Shown in pieces: positions 12,721-24,237 of a stretch of DNA of 64,000 nt. Both the position numbers and the translations under genes were made by a program. Origin of the DNA: Camelus dromedarius (taxonomy: Eukaryota); NCBI RefSeq assembly GCF_036321535.1, contig NC_087436.1:94118001-94182000 (forward strand). Direction: 5' to 3'. Within the stretch, counting starts at the first letter, position 1; the number at the start of each line of letters is the position of its first letter. The notes under the pieces were generated by a model. The model had not been told where the DNA came from, ran no database searches, and saw only the letters and a list, made by a program, of their open reading frames with translations.

Positions 12721-14269
12721 TACTTCTTTTTCTTTCTCATTGCAAAATTTTTTTATTACTTGTTCCATTTGCAGAATATTCTAAAAAATACTGAAAGTAA
12801 CTGCCTAATACTCTAGTAAGTGTTGAATCAAATAATAAAACTTGTCTCCACAAAGGATAGAATTCTGTAGCTCTGACCCCACAGCAGTTGCCCAAGATGA
12901 GGCAGGGACTGGAACACTTGGAGTCCACCCCTAGGGACAAAGAACACTTGGATGTTGGTTTGCTCTCTGCCTAGTAGCTGGTCTCTGGATGTTGGCCCAG
13001 TTATCTGATATGAGAATCTCAGTTGCTATATGATCTACAGCTAAGTTACATGTGAAGGCTCAGATAGGCTTACAGCTTAAATAACTTCCCACAAAAGCAG
13101 CCATTAAGGATTCGATGTAGCTGGTGAAGAATAACAAATCTCTATCTCTAAGTAGGTTTTCTGGATTACAGGGACACCTCTGGGCTATACTAGGCCCTTG
13201 CAACTGTTCGATTACTGCTATAGTCGTGCACCACTTATTCATTAAATAATCAAGCAAACAACGACTATCACATCAACTTTGGCCTCGAATTCACTTCGAC
13301 CCAGCCCAAGACTCTCAGGGATGGGGGAAGAGCTCTGTTACAAATATCCAAGCTCTTGGAACAAAGCACTTCACTTGCTTTGGATTTATATATCAACCTT
13401 CTAGCCTTGGGACCTGCAAGTGGAGTTAGTCTGTAAATGACAAAATTAATCAGGCTCCAACGACAGTCTTCAGACCAGATATAGGGCAAAGAAAACTTTT
13501 TTTCTCGTTTATAGCCATAAAAGAGAACTCAAGGGCAGAGTTTGTCAAAATGCTGTTCCCCCCAAACTCAAGAAGAACCAGACTTTTATTGTCTCCATGA
13601 AGATACTGAATTGTTTTACAATTTATGATTCTGAATTATTCTTGCCTAGTGTTTCTCAACTATAAAAATCAACCTAGTCTCCCTTCAAAGCTTTCTCACA
13701 CTGAAGTTTTATATCCCCACCAGCCAAGATTTAGTTAGTTTTGCTTCCTGTAGTTTGATGAATGAAAGCAATAACTATATGGAATAATCTTTTTTGAACC
13801 AAAGCCACTTCTCCATTCTGCTGTGTCCCCTGGAGACAACTCCCCCTCCCCTAATTTGAGAATGGGTGTTCAGGTCTTGAATAATCCTAAACCTTGCATT
13901 TTCAACCTGTGGTGTGTCACTTATTTCTAAATGTGATTAAGGTACATACAGTGTAAAGTAGAAATTTTATTGCATTTGGATTGCTGTGACTTGGATAAGG
14001 AAACCTGTAGAAAAGAAAGAGATCTTTCATTACATCTCTCATAATCTCCATCCTTACTTTTCTCCTATCTGCTTATTTTTATTACTTTACTCCCCTCAAC
14101 TGGCATGAATTATTGGCTACAAATCAGTGTATACTTTCCTTTTATTATACTTTCCCTTAGATAACTAGAACTTTATTGCTTATTCTATGAATCTTTCTTT
14201 TAATATGAAGAGCCTGTGACTTCAATTAAATTAAAACATAATTTTGTCAAGTATCTACTACATGCCTAT

Positions 14270-14728
14270 CATAGGGTGAATTGTGTCCCCAAAAGGATAT
14301 GTTGAAGTCCTAACCCGCATATCTGTGCATGTGACCTTATTTGGAAATAGGATCTTTGCAGATGTAATCAAGTTAAGATGAGGTTCTAGTAGATTAGAAT
14401 GGGTCCTTAATCCAATGACTAGTGTCCTTATGAGAAGAAAGAAATTTGGATACAGAGACAGACTCAGAAGAAGAACACCATATGAAGACAGAGGCAGAGA
14501 TGGGAGAGCTAGAGCTACAAGCCAAGGAACACCAGGAATTGTGGGCAAACACCAGAAGCTGGAAGAGGCAAGGAAGCATTGTCCCCTTGAAACTTCAGAG
14601 ACAGCATCGTCCTGCAGACACTTTGGTTTTTTACTTCTCACCTCTAGAACTGTGGGACAATAAATTTCATTAGTTTTAAGCCACCTAGTTTGCAGTGCTG
14701 TGTTACAGCAGCCTTTGGAAACCAACAC
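14270..14728 (+). mobile_element. MLT1 (B/C-like) solo LTR
   Basis: tagggtgaattgtgtccccaaaaggatatgttgaagtcctaaccc...gtgaccttatttggaaatagg...tgttacagcagcctttggaaaccaacaca. Confidence 0.85.
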
Positions 14729-15959
14729 AACAGCCAACTTGATGATGAGATGTGTGAAGATAAGTAAGATACAATTTCTGTCATCAAGATCCTCACAATC
14801 TAAGACAGCTGTGGACATTTTTAAATTACAAAATTGTAGTGCTTGGTGTGAACATAGAAATCTGTACATGCTGTAGAGACAACACAAAGGAGGGAGTGAT
14901 AAACAAACTGGGAGAACAGCAGAGGCTTTACTTAATGTGAATATTTTTAATTCTTCAAAATTTTGTCTTGATATACAAAAGCACTGACTTTTTTTTAGTG
15001 AATCCTCTTTCTCTTTTTTGTTTGGCTCCTTCCTTCTTTTCTCCTCTTTCAACTAGTTTCAATCAGCACCCTTACCCCAGCTAACCTTGTTAATACTCTG
15101 GTATTTATTCTTCCACATTTTTCTTCAAGCTTAGGTAATCAATCATATTTATATACATATATATTTTGTCATTGTTTATTTTATAAACATGTCATCATAT
15201 TGTAGATATTTTACATATATTTCTTTTCTCTACAAAATCTTGTAGAAAGCCCTCCATTTCAATTGCTATATCTCTAAATATTCTTTTTATTGACTGCATT
15301 AAAATTCCATCCTATAAATATACCATATTTTACCCAACCATTTCCCTGTTGGTGGGAATTATAAGTATTAGAGATCTCTGGACGTATATTCTTGCCTTCC
15401 TTGGCTTCTATTTCTGTGGGCTGGATTCCCAGGTGTGGAATTTTTGTGGTGTAGGACATACTTTTAATACTTTAAAATGTTGCCAGGTTGCTTCCCAAAA
15501 ATATTATGGCACTTCACATTTCCACTTATGGTGTATGAGAGTAGCCCCCTCTGCCCTCACCCCTTCCCACCAGCCATAGATATCAAGCTCTTTTTAAATA
15601 TATGCCAACAAGCTTGGTAAAAAATGAGATAGCATTACTTTAAATTGCATTTCTGGACTATGTATGTATTTTAGCAACTTTTTATATGTTTTTTAGCCAT
15701 ATCAATTTGCCTTTCTTGAATTGTCTTTTTATCCTGTTCATTGTTTTGATTGGATTGTTTACTCATTTTGATCCATTTGTAAGAGTTTTGAATATTACCA
15801 GTATTAATGGCATGTCCAAGTCTATCATTTATCATTTGACTTTTTCATTTACTATATTTATTATATTTTTGTCATAAAAATTTATAGTTTCCATGTCATT
15901 GAATATGTCTGTCTTTTCTTTTATAGCTTCTGATTTCTAGTTCATGTTAAGAAGGTCTC

Positions 15960-16217
15960 AAATAAGTTATGGGGCTATAATGTACAGCACAGTGACTACA
16001 GTTTATGAGACTCTATTGTGTATTTTAAAGTGGCTAAGAGAGTAGATCTTAAAAGCTTGCATCACAAGAAAAAACATTGTAACTATACATGGTGACAGAT
16101 GTTAACTAGACTTATTGTGGTAATCATTTCACAACATATACAATTATAGAATCATTGTGTTGTATACCTGAAATTAATATGTCATATATCAATTATACCT
16201 CAATTAAAAAAAAAAAA
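15960..16217 (+). mobile_element. Short L1MA-like 3' end with poly(A)
   Basis: gctaagagagtagatcttaaaagc...tcaattatacctcaattaaaaaaaaaaaa. Confidence 0.8.
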
Positions 16218-16254
16218 CTCCTCTGCCACTTACATGTAGCCTCCTAAATTTTTT

Positions 16255-17951
16255 CAATCAGACTTATTACGGAAACTATAAATTTTATTATAAAAAATGA
16301 AAATTATATATATTTAGGTAGTATAATCTGATTTTTAAGGTGTCTCATTATGGTTTAATATATGCACACACTGTGAAATGATTACCACAATCAAGTTAAT
16401 TAATACATCCATTGCCTTACAAGTTACTATTTTGTGTGTGTTTGGGGTGAGAACATTTAAGATGAAGATTATAATTCTGCATTCTGTTATTGTGGTGTAT
16501 CATGTGTATTGATTTGAACCCCAGGAATAAATCCCACTTGATCATAGTGTATGATCCTCTTAATGTGCTGTTGAAGGCAGTTTGCCAATATTTTGCTGAG
16601 GATTTTTGCACCTATGTTCATCAGGTATGTTGGCCTATAGTCTTCTTTTCTTGTAGTGTCCTTACCTGGCTTTGGTTTAAAGGTAATGCTGGTCTCATAA
16701 AATGAGTTTGAAAGTGATCTCTCCTCTTCATTTTTTTTTTAAGAATTTGAGAAGAATTGGTATTAATTCTTCCTTAAATATTTGGCAGAATTCACCAGTA
16801 AACCCATCTGGTCCTGGGCTTTTCTTTGTTGAAAGTTTTTTGATTACTGATTCAATCTCTTTACTTGTTATTGGTCATTTAAGAATATTTCTTCAGGATT
16901 CAGTTGTGTGTTTCTAGGAATTTATCTATTTCTCCTAGGCTATCCAATTTGTTGGCGTATAATTGTTCTTATGATCCTTTGTATTTCTGTAGTATCAGTT
17001 GTAACTCTCCTCCTTAATTTATAAATTTATTCGAGTCCTCTCTTTTTTCTTGATTAATCTAGTTAAAGATCTGTCAATTTTGTTCATCTTTTCAAAAAAA
17101 AAAACAACAATCCTGAGTTTTATTGATCTTTGGTATAGTCTTTCTAGTCTCTATTTTATTTATTTCTTCTCTAATCTTTGTTATTGCCTTTCTTTTGCTA
17201 ACTTTGGGCTTAGTTTGTTCTTCATTTTTTTCTAGTTCCTTGAGGTATAAAGTCCCTGGGAGGACAGACTGGCCCTGGAGGCTGAGAGGACCTGAGCCAG
17301 GTCATAGGGTTGTTTTAGAATCTGCTGTCAGACCAAGGTTGGTGGGCCTGCCTTTGGGGACATGGAGGAGTGTGTCTCCCACTGGGTCTCTGCATGAACA
17401 GGGCTGCTCCTGGACTGCAGTTGAAAGGGGCTGGAACAGAGTCATAGGGTCACTTTAGGATGGCAGTTGAACTGAGGTCAACAGGTATGTCTCTGTAGGT
17501 GGGGATGGGCATGTCTCCTGGTGGGCCCCTGGGCAGACAGGCATATTCCTGGCCCATGGCTGAGAGGGGCTGTGGCCTAATTGCAGGTCCTTTCAAGATC
17601 TGTAGTTTGACTGAGTTTGGCAGGCCTACCTACATGGATGGGCATGTCTCCTGCCAGGTCCGTTGTCAGATGATGCTGGTGGCAGGGCCAAGGCCAACCA
17701 CAATCGAGCTGTAGCTGAGTCCACAGGGATTATTTCCAGGTCTGTAACCAGGACCATGGTTGGTGAATCTGCCACCCGGACATGTGCCTGCCTTCTCAAA
17801 ATGGCTCTCCTCAGTCTAGGGTTTCATAGGCTCCTGTCTGGATCCTACAGCACTCTCACAAAGACACTTTTGTCTGTGAAAAGCTGCCAAGTTATTGTTG
17901 CTGAGGGGGAACACAGGTAGGGGACCTCAGAGTCCACCATCTTGCTGATGC
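16255..17951 (-). mobile_element. Internally deleted LINE-1 (5'UTR + about 0.77 kb ORF2 + 3' end) with TSD
   Basis: 5' agcaagatggtggactc and GC-rich UTR at 17951-17253; ORF2 segment at about 17252-16480; L1MA-like 3' end at about 16465-16290. TSD cctccta(a/g)attttt at 16240-16253 and 17952-17965. Confidence 0.75.
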
Positions 17952-18325
17952 CCTCCTAGATTTTTCTTACAGAATTTATATCGTTTGATTTTGTTTTTTA
18001 TTTTTACATATTTAATCCATCTTGAATTCATATTTGTATCTTATTTAAGATAAGAGTCCCCATTTTAAAAAATATTTCCCTTTCCCCACTGATCTGAACT
18101 ACCCTCATGGTCACGTATCACATCCTCACATACACTGAGATCCATTTCCGGATTCTCAATTCATTTCCACTGATTTTGTTTGTTTGCTTTTTGCCTATTC
18201 CTAGCCTAGTCCTAGTCAATATCTTCTCAGGCAAGTACTCCTCACAGTCTTCTTTTGCGTATTTTTCTTGGCTGTTGGTATTTAGTATTCATTCTTCCAT
18301 ATAAAATTTATGAATCAAGGTCTCA

Positions 18326-18350
18326 ATTACCTCCCCTACCTCCCAAAAAA
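18326..18350 (+). mobile_element. Extremely 5'-truncated SINE (3' tip + A tail)
   Basis: attacctcccctacctcccaaaaaa matches the SINE 3' end (aattacctcccc). TSD gaa(t/c)caaggtctca at 18312-18325 and 18351-18364. Confidence 0.7.
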
Positions 18351-18639
18351 GAACCAAGGTCTCAGGTGAGGGTACATATCTAGTTCGGCCTGAGTCACAT
18401 GCCCAGGTGGGAAGCCAGCCCTGCTGCTTCTTTTTAACCATCAAACACCTAAGGTCTTATTTTGATTGCTCCCAGGGGCCTCAGAGTCTCACAACAGTAA
18501 AGGTCTGATAACTTCCCTTGCAAGAGATAGTAGGGTGGTTAATTTCTATGCCGACAAGTTAGTTTACACTCCTGGGGTGAACAAAGGAACACCTATTACT
18601 AGAGTAGCAGAAAAGAAAAAACACACATTTTAAATCTCT

Positions 18640-19490
18640 GCTATATCATATTAAGGAAGTTGGACTTTATCCAACTAGTAGGTATTTAGTTAGTCATTTT
18701 AAAGTCTTAGGTGCAAGAGCCACAAAATCAATTTGGAAGCAGAGAAGAAGATGGGGTAGAAAGAAAAGAAACCAGGGACAGGAGGCCCAGTTAAGTTACT
18801 ACTACAACAGTCCAGGAAAAGATGACAAAAACCTGAAATTAGGCAATTGCCAGGGGCATAGAGAGAAGAGGACCAATTTGAGAACCATTTAGCAGGTAGA
18901 AACAACAGGATCAGTGTTTGGCTTGATGTTGGGTTAGATAAGAATCCAGAATGACTGCCTGATTTCTAGCCTGGATGGTAGAGTTGGTGGTGGTACAGCT
19001 GAATGACACAGAAACACAGGGGGAGGAGTAGACTTGGATGGCAGTATAGATCATGAACTTAGTTTGGGTCACACTGAGTTTGAAAGTTTGCGAGACATTC
19101 AGGCAGCAATACTTAGTTGACATGAAGAATATATTGGGTTTGGAGCTAAGGGGAGAGCAAGACTGGACAAGTGATTTTGAGAATCATTAGGATGTGTGGT
19201 ATTAAAAAACACAGCAAGGAGAGAAGAGGATGGAACAGTGGGGACACCAAGATTTACCAGAAGAGGAGGACTTCGAGCCAGCAAGGAGTTCTGAGAACAA
19301 GCCATTGAAGCAGAAAGTGGTAGCACAGAAGAGAAGAGAGAAGCACATCAAGAAGGAGGAAGTGGTCAGTTGTGCTGAAGGCAGCAGAGAGGCCTCAGAA
19401 GTAGCCAGTTGATTGGGCAATTCCCAGATGGTGCACTTGGTGAGAGCAGTTTCAGTTGAGTGGGGTGAAAAGAAGTCAGTTTTTAAATGT
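18640..19490 (-). mobile_element. Decayed LINE-2
   Basis: L2-antisense motifs (gaatgactgcctgatttctagcctgg, ttggtgagagcagtttcagttgagtggggtg). Confidence 0.7.
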
Positions 19491-21121
19491 AAAACTAAGT
19501 CAGATTTCTGGGTGTTATCTTTCATCATAGCAGTATAGGATTTGGTTGTGTGGTTACATATCTCATGAAAGAAAACAGAAAACTACCACTCATAAGCCAA
19601 ATTGATATAGCTGGAGGAAGTTGTAATCTTTCCTTTAGTCAAGGCAGAACAAGATTTTGTTGCATAAAGAAGACCACTTTGATCAGAGAGGGTTCATTGT
19701 GAACCTTACTATAATAGCGATTTTGTTTTGAAGAGAATGAAGATCACTGAATTTACAAAATATGGAAGTCACGTTTTAAAGAAGCCAGAGTCTTTTCAGA
19801 GACTGTGTACCCTCTTCCCCCTCACACAAGGAAGCCTTAGACAACATCCAGAGTCTTTGGAAGCCTGCTACAGGTGAAAATCCTTATAATGTGGTGGTTT
19901 TGCAAATTTCTGACTGTACCCCCTTAAGATGGAGTGGAAAATACACTATATTTTATGATAAAATCGTCCTAATTGTGAATAATTTCAGGTGTATTGTTCC
20001 ATACTGACTCTTATTCTATAAATTCGTTTCAGATAATCTGGTTCCTTGATAGCAACTATCAGCTCAGGTACCTTAATAGATGCCGGGATTCTTCTATGCT
20101 AAAGTAATGTACCGGCAACATAAATGGCATTAAGCGTTCTGTCCAGATTAGCTTTTTTGCGTTTATTTGTTAACAGACCATTTTTAGGGTCGGTTTAAAA
20201 GTTCCATTAACATTATTGCTGTCATTTATCACAGACAAGGTCTTTGGGATATAAACTCACATTTTTTTGCTTCTCTTCTGTTCTTCCTGTGCTTTCCCAC
20301 AGTTAATTTTCACTTTTAGTAGAAATAGTTGCTCTGAACAGTATCTGATTACAGTCTTTCGTTCTATCTTTTCAAATAATTACAAAATATGTTCATTTAA
20401 CCGAACGCAGTAGACTTCTTAAAGGAATGATTTTGGAAACCACCTACTATGTGGGCCATAAAACTGACTGTGAGTAAATTATAACAAAGCAAAGGGAATG
20501 CTTAAAAAGTACTGTCTCTCACTTCTTTCACTGTCAAGCATCTTTTAAGTCACCGTTTCTTATGTTGTGTTTAATCTGTTACTGGGTCTTCGGCAGAGAC
20601 ATAGGAGTACTGAACTATTTTTTCTTAATTTACCAAGGGAGCAAAATTTTTAAAATATTTCATTCTCTATCCAGAAATGACAAATATGATCAATACTCAA
20701 ATCAATTAGAACCATAATACTTAAAAAAAAAATCCCTCAAAAGAAATGGAGCATCCACTTCTAAAAACTCCCATGACTAAAAAAAATAGTGTTCCATTAA
20801 GACAATAAAAAAGAAAACATTTCCATTTGCCTCTATTTAAAGACAAATGCAGATTGATGAAGCTGTAAAAACTCTACAAAATTTACAGTTAATCATCTGT
20901 TTATCTTTCCTTAAATTATTTTTCTTGGATGGAAGATTATCTTCCATTCTAAAATATTTTTGTTACTCTCTGGACAAAATTAGAGATTTATCTCTTCTTT
21001 CTGTTTGGAAAAATCTTGCCTGGCTTTTAAGTCTTAACTCTTCTGGGAATTCTCTTGGGACCCCAATTGGTGTCAGTCATTCCCACTTTTAAATGTAGAG
21101 TGAAATCAAAGAGGGAGGGCA

Positions 21122-21562
21122 TGTGCCAGGTGATTCCCCACTGTCCTTCCAGATCCACACTCTACCCTTCACCACTCTGCTCTCTGTCCCAGATACACAA
21201 TGACATCAACAAGTTCCCATGACTTTCTTGAGTTTGGCCAATCGTGACCCCTGGGAAGAGATTAGAAGGAAGAAGGAGAGGGAGTAGGGGTATATACTCC
21301 CCCAGCTACTGCTCTGTAGGGTCTGCTGCATTCACTCAACCGAAGTTCACAGCCTTCTCCAGTAGGGTTCAGTAACTACTCCCTCCTGCTTCCTCTCAGA
21401 ACTCAGACTGGTAACAGCTCTGCTTTGCTAGCCATAGGGCTTTCTACCGCCCCCTCTGTTTCTCTACATCCTGCTCACACCTTTGTGAATAGTCCCTTAT
21501 TAAACCTTACTCAAATTATTCAACTTTGAGCACACTGTGTCCTGCTGGAACCCTGAATGATG
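21122..21562 (+). mobile_element. ERVL-type solo LTR (LTR40-like)
   Basis: tgtgccagg...ccttccagatccacactctaccc...gtgaatagtcccttattaaacc...ctgctggaaccctga. Confidence 0.6.
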
Positions 21563-24100
21563 TGGGGAGGAATCTTGGCTGGGAAGAGGAGAGAGAAATA
21601 TTCAAAGACAAGGGAGGTTTTGTCACAGGGTTTATTTGTTAAGGCTTGGATATACTGACAAGCTCATGGAGTTTTAACAGCCAAGGTTCAAAGATGAGAT
21701 CTCAGAGGAAGGAAGAAATAGGCGGGAGCTCTTTGCTAGCCTCTAGAGTTGATGACATTACCATTGGCCTCACCACTGTTGCTCAAGACATTCTAGAACC
21801 TGTGTTTCCAGTTTGACCAAGGTAGTCCATTTGCCAGGTTTGCCCATGGCTGTATTGGCAAGTGTTGGTCTGAGCAGTGAACTGATGTAAAAGTAGACAC
21901 AAAGGTTAAAGAAGGAAAAAGAACAAAGGTCAGGTCCTCAACAAACCCAGGCACTCTTCATTGCACCAAAGCAGTCAGACAGGTGTTTTTTAAACTTTGC
22001 AAGGCTCCGTGTGACCCAGCCTTGCTCACCTTGCCAGTCTCCTCGTTCGTGTCCTTAGCAGGTGGCTGGTTCCACCCCTACCCTGCGGGCCTCCTTTCTC
22101 ATTCTCAAATAACAATAAGCTCTGTTCTGCCCTTGAGCCTGAATTCTGATCTTTCCTCCACCTGCAACCTGGCACTCTCCCCAAGTCTTATCCTGGCTAA
22201 CTCCTTCTCCTGCTCAGATCCCATCTGAAATGCCACTCCCCCCGCAGGCCAACCACCCCACCCAATCCAAGCCAGTCCCCGGGGTTTCTCTCCTTCAGGG
22301 AGCCGTGGACTCCTCTTTCATAGCAGTCACTACATCTTAACATTTATTGAGGTGGAGACTTTTATTCAGAAAGTCAACTAGATTTTCTCACAAGCCTTTT
22401 GTTTTTGTTTTGTTTGTTTTTACGTCAGTCTTGAATTCATCTGGAATTTATTTTGTATATTGTATGTGATGGGGGCCCTTTCACAGTCTAAACTTCCTAG
22501 CGTTTTGTCGGACCCTCTTATAGGTCTTCCTTTCACTCACTCATCCTTTCAATAAGTGTTTAATAGCTAATGACCCCATAGTCGCTCTTTACTGCCCACA
22601 AAGGATAAAAAGAGAATAATGATAGATCTTCAGGGCCCTGGGCTTGGAGAGGATCTCAGTGTGCTTGAGGAAGTAGATGTGAGTGGAGAAATGTCAGCAT
22701 AACAAGGTAATTGCTTTAGTGACGCATGATAGTACAAGCTTCTGGAATTCTGGTGAAGAATGTGTTTCTGTTCGTTTGAGCCTCTCACAGTTTGTAACAA
22801 GTGTCTTTCCCACTGAAATCACTTAATGAATATTTTAACAATTAACCTGAGTATACATTTTTTAAGCTTTTTTTATAAAAGCTTTCACTTGTCTCCAAAG
22901 TTCCAAACCCATGTTCAATTACTTCCTAGATATCGCCATCAGAATGTCCCATAAGCATTTCCAACTCAAGATGTTCTTAAATAGAATTCTTTCCTCCCAA
23001 ACCTGGTCCTGTTTACTCCTTGCCTCAGTCACCTGAGATAGAAAGCTCAGAATCCTTCTCAGTGCCACCCTCCCCCTAACCCCACATCCAAGTGGTCACC
23101 AAGTCCTGTCTATTCTAGTTCATAAATACTTTGTGAGCCATTTTCTTATTCCCACCATCTTGCGCCAAGCCTTCATTATCAATTCCTGAACTGGTTTTAA
23201 AAAAGAAATTCCAGTAGCTCTCTCTGCCTCTTCTCTCTTTTCTCTACAATCTTCTGTCACCACAGTCTTAGATTCAGGTTTGTGTTTCAGAACTATCACT
23301 CCCTTGCTTGAAATCCTTGTATGCTCCCCAGTGTTTTTAGAATGAAATTCAAATTTTTTGACATGGTTCAATAGGACTGTCTCAATATGGCTATCTCAGA
23401 CAAATAGTCTAAAATATGGAAAAAAGTTATATACATAGAGTTGTTCATTGGGTACTGTATTAGTTTCCTATTGTTGCTGTAACTAATTACTGCAAACTTA
23501 GAATTTAGTGCCTTAAAACAACACAGGGGAAAGATGGAAACACCCCTGGAATTGTAAGTCTGGATTTATGCTTGTGTAGATGAATAACCTCTATATGCTT
23601 AAGTCATAGCCCTTTGGGTTTTCTGTTATTTGCAGCCAAATGCAACTGTAAGTTACAAAAAGTACTTCCATGATTAAATTAAAGAAGAAAACAGACTTCT
23701 GGTCAAGATGGCACAGTAGTAGGACCACGAGCTCACCTCCTCTCATGATCACAACAAAATTACAACTGACTGCTAAACAACCATATATATATATAAAAGA
23801 CCGGAACCTACTAAAAAAGACCTTCTTCAACTGGAAACACAAAGAGGGAGCCAGAGTGGGACAGTAGGATGGGCGCTTTCCTGATATGATTGGGTCCCAT
23901 ACCCCTCCAGGGGTGATTCACAAGCTGGAGAAAAATTACATTGCAGAGGCCCTCCACAAGAATGAGAGTCTTGAGCTCCACATCAGGCTCCCCAGCCCAG
24001 GGGTTTGGCATCAGAAGGGGGAGCCCCCAGAGCATTTGGTCTTGAAGACCAGCAGGGCTTAACTGCAGAAGCACCACAGGACTGAGGGAAACAGAGCCTC

Positions 24101-24237
24101 TTTTTTGTTTGCTTTCTTATTATTTTTAAAATTTTTTTCAAACTCTTGTGTCAAGGGCTGACTTTCAATAAATTGCAGTGAGGGAGCTGCTCTGCTACTT
24201 GTGAAACCCCAACCCAGAAGCAGGTCATCTATGAATG
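24101..24237 (-). pseudogene. 28S rRNA 3'-terminal retrocopy (about 100 nt) with degenerate poly(A) tail
   Basis: Reverse complement of 24139-24237 is cattcatagatgacctgcttctgggttggggtttcacaagtagcagagcagctccctcactgcaatttattgaaagtcagcccttgacacaagagtttg. This matches the mammalian 28S 3' end with CpG decay. The T-rich run at 24101-24138 is the tail. Confidence 0.9.

Noticed and set aside
14258..15052. 264-aa ORF, the longest in the track
   Set aside because: Runs antisense through an MLT1 LTR and an L2 remnant, has no true ATG at the annotated start and no domain-like sequence; chance open frame.
24139..24237. Functional rRNA gene
   Set aside because: Only about 100 nt, CpG-decayed, tailed and embedded in an L1; a retrocopy, not an rDNA unit.
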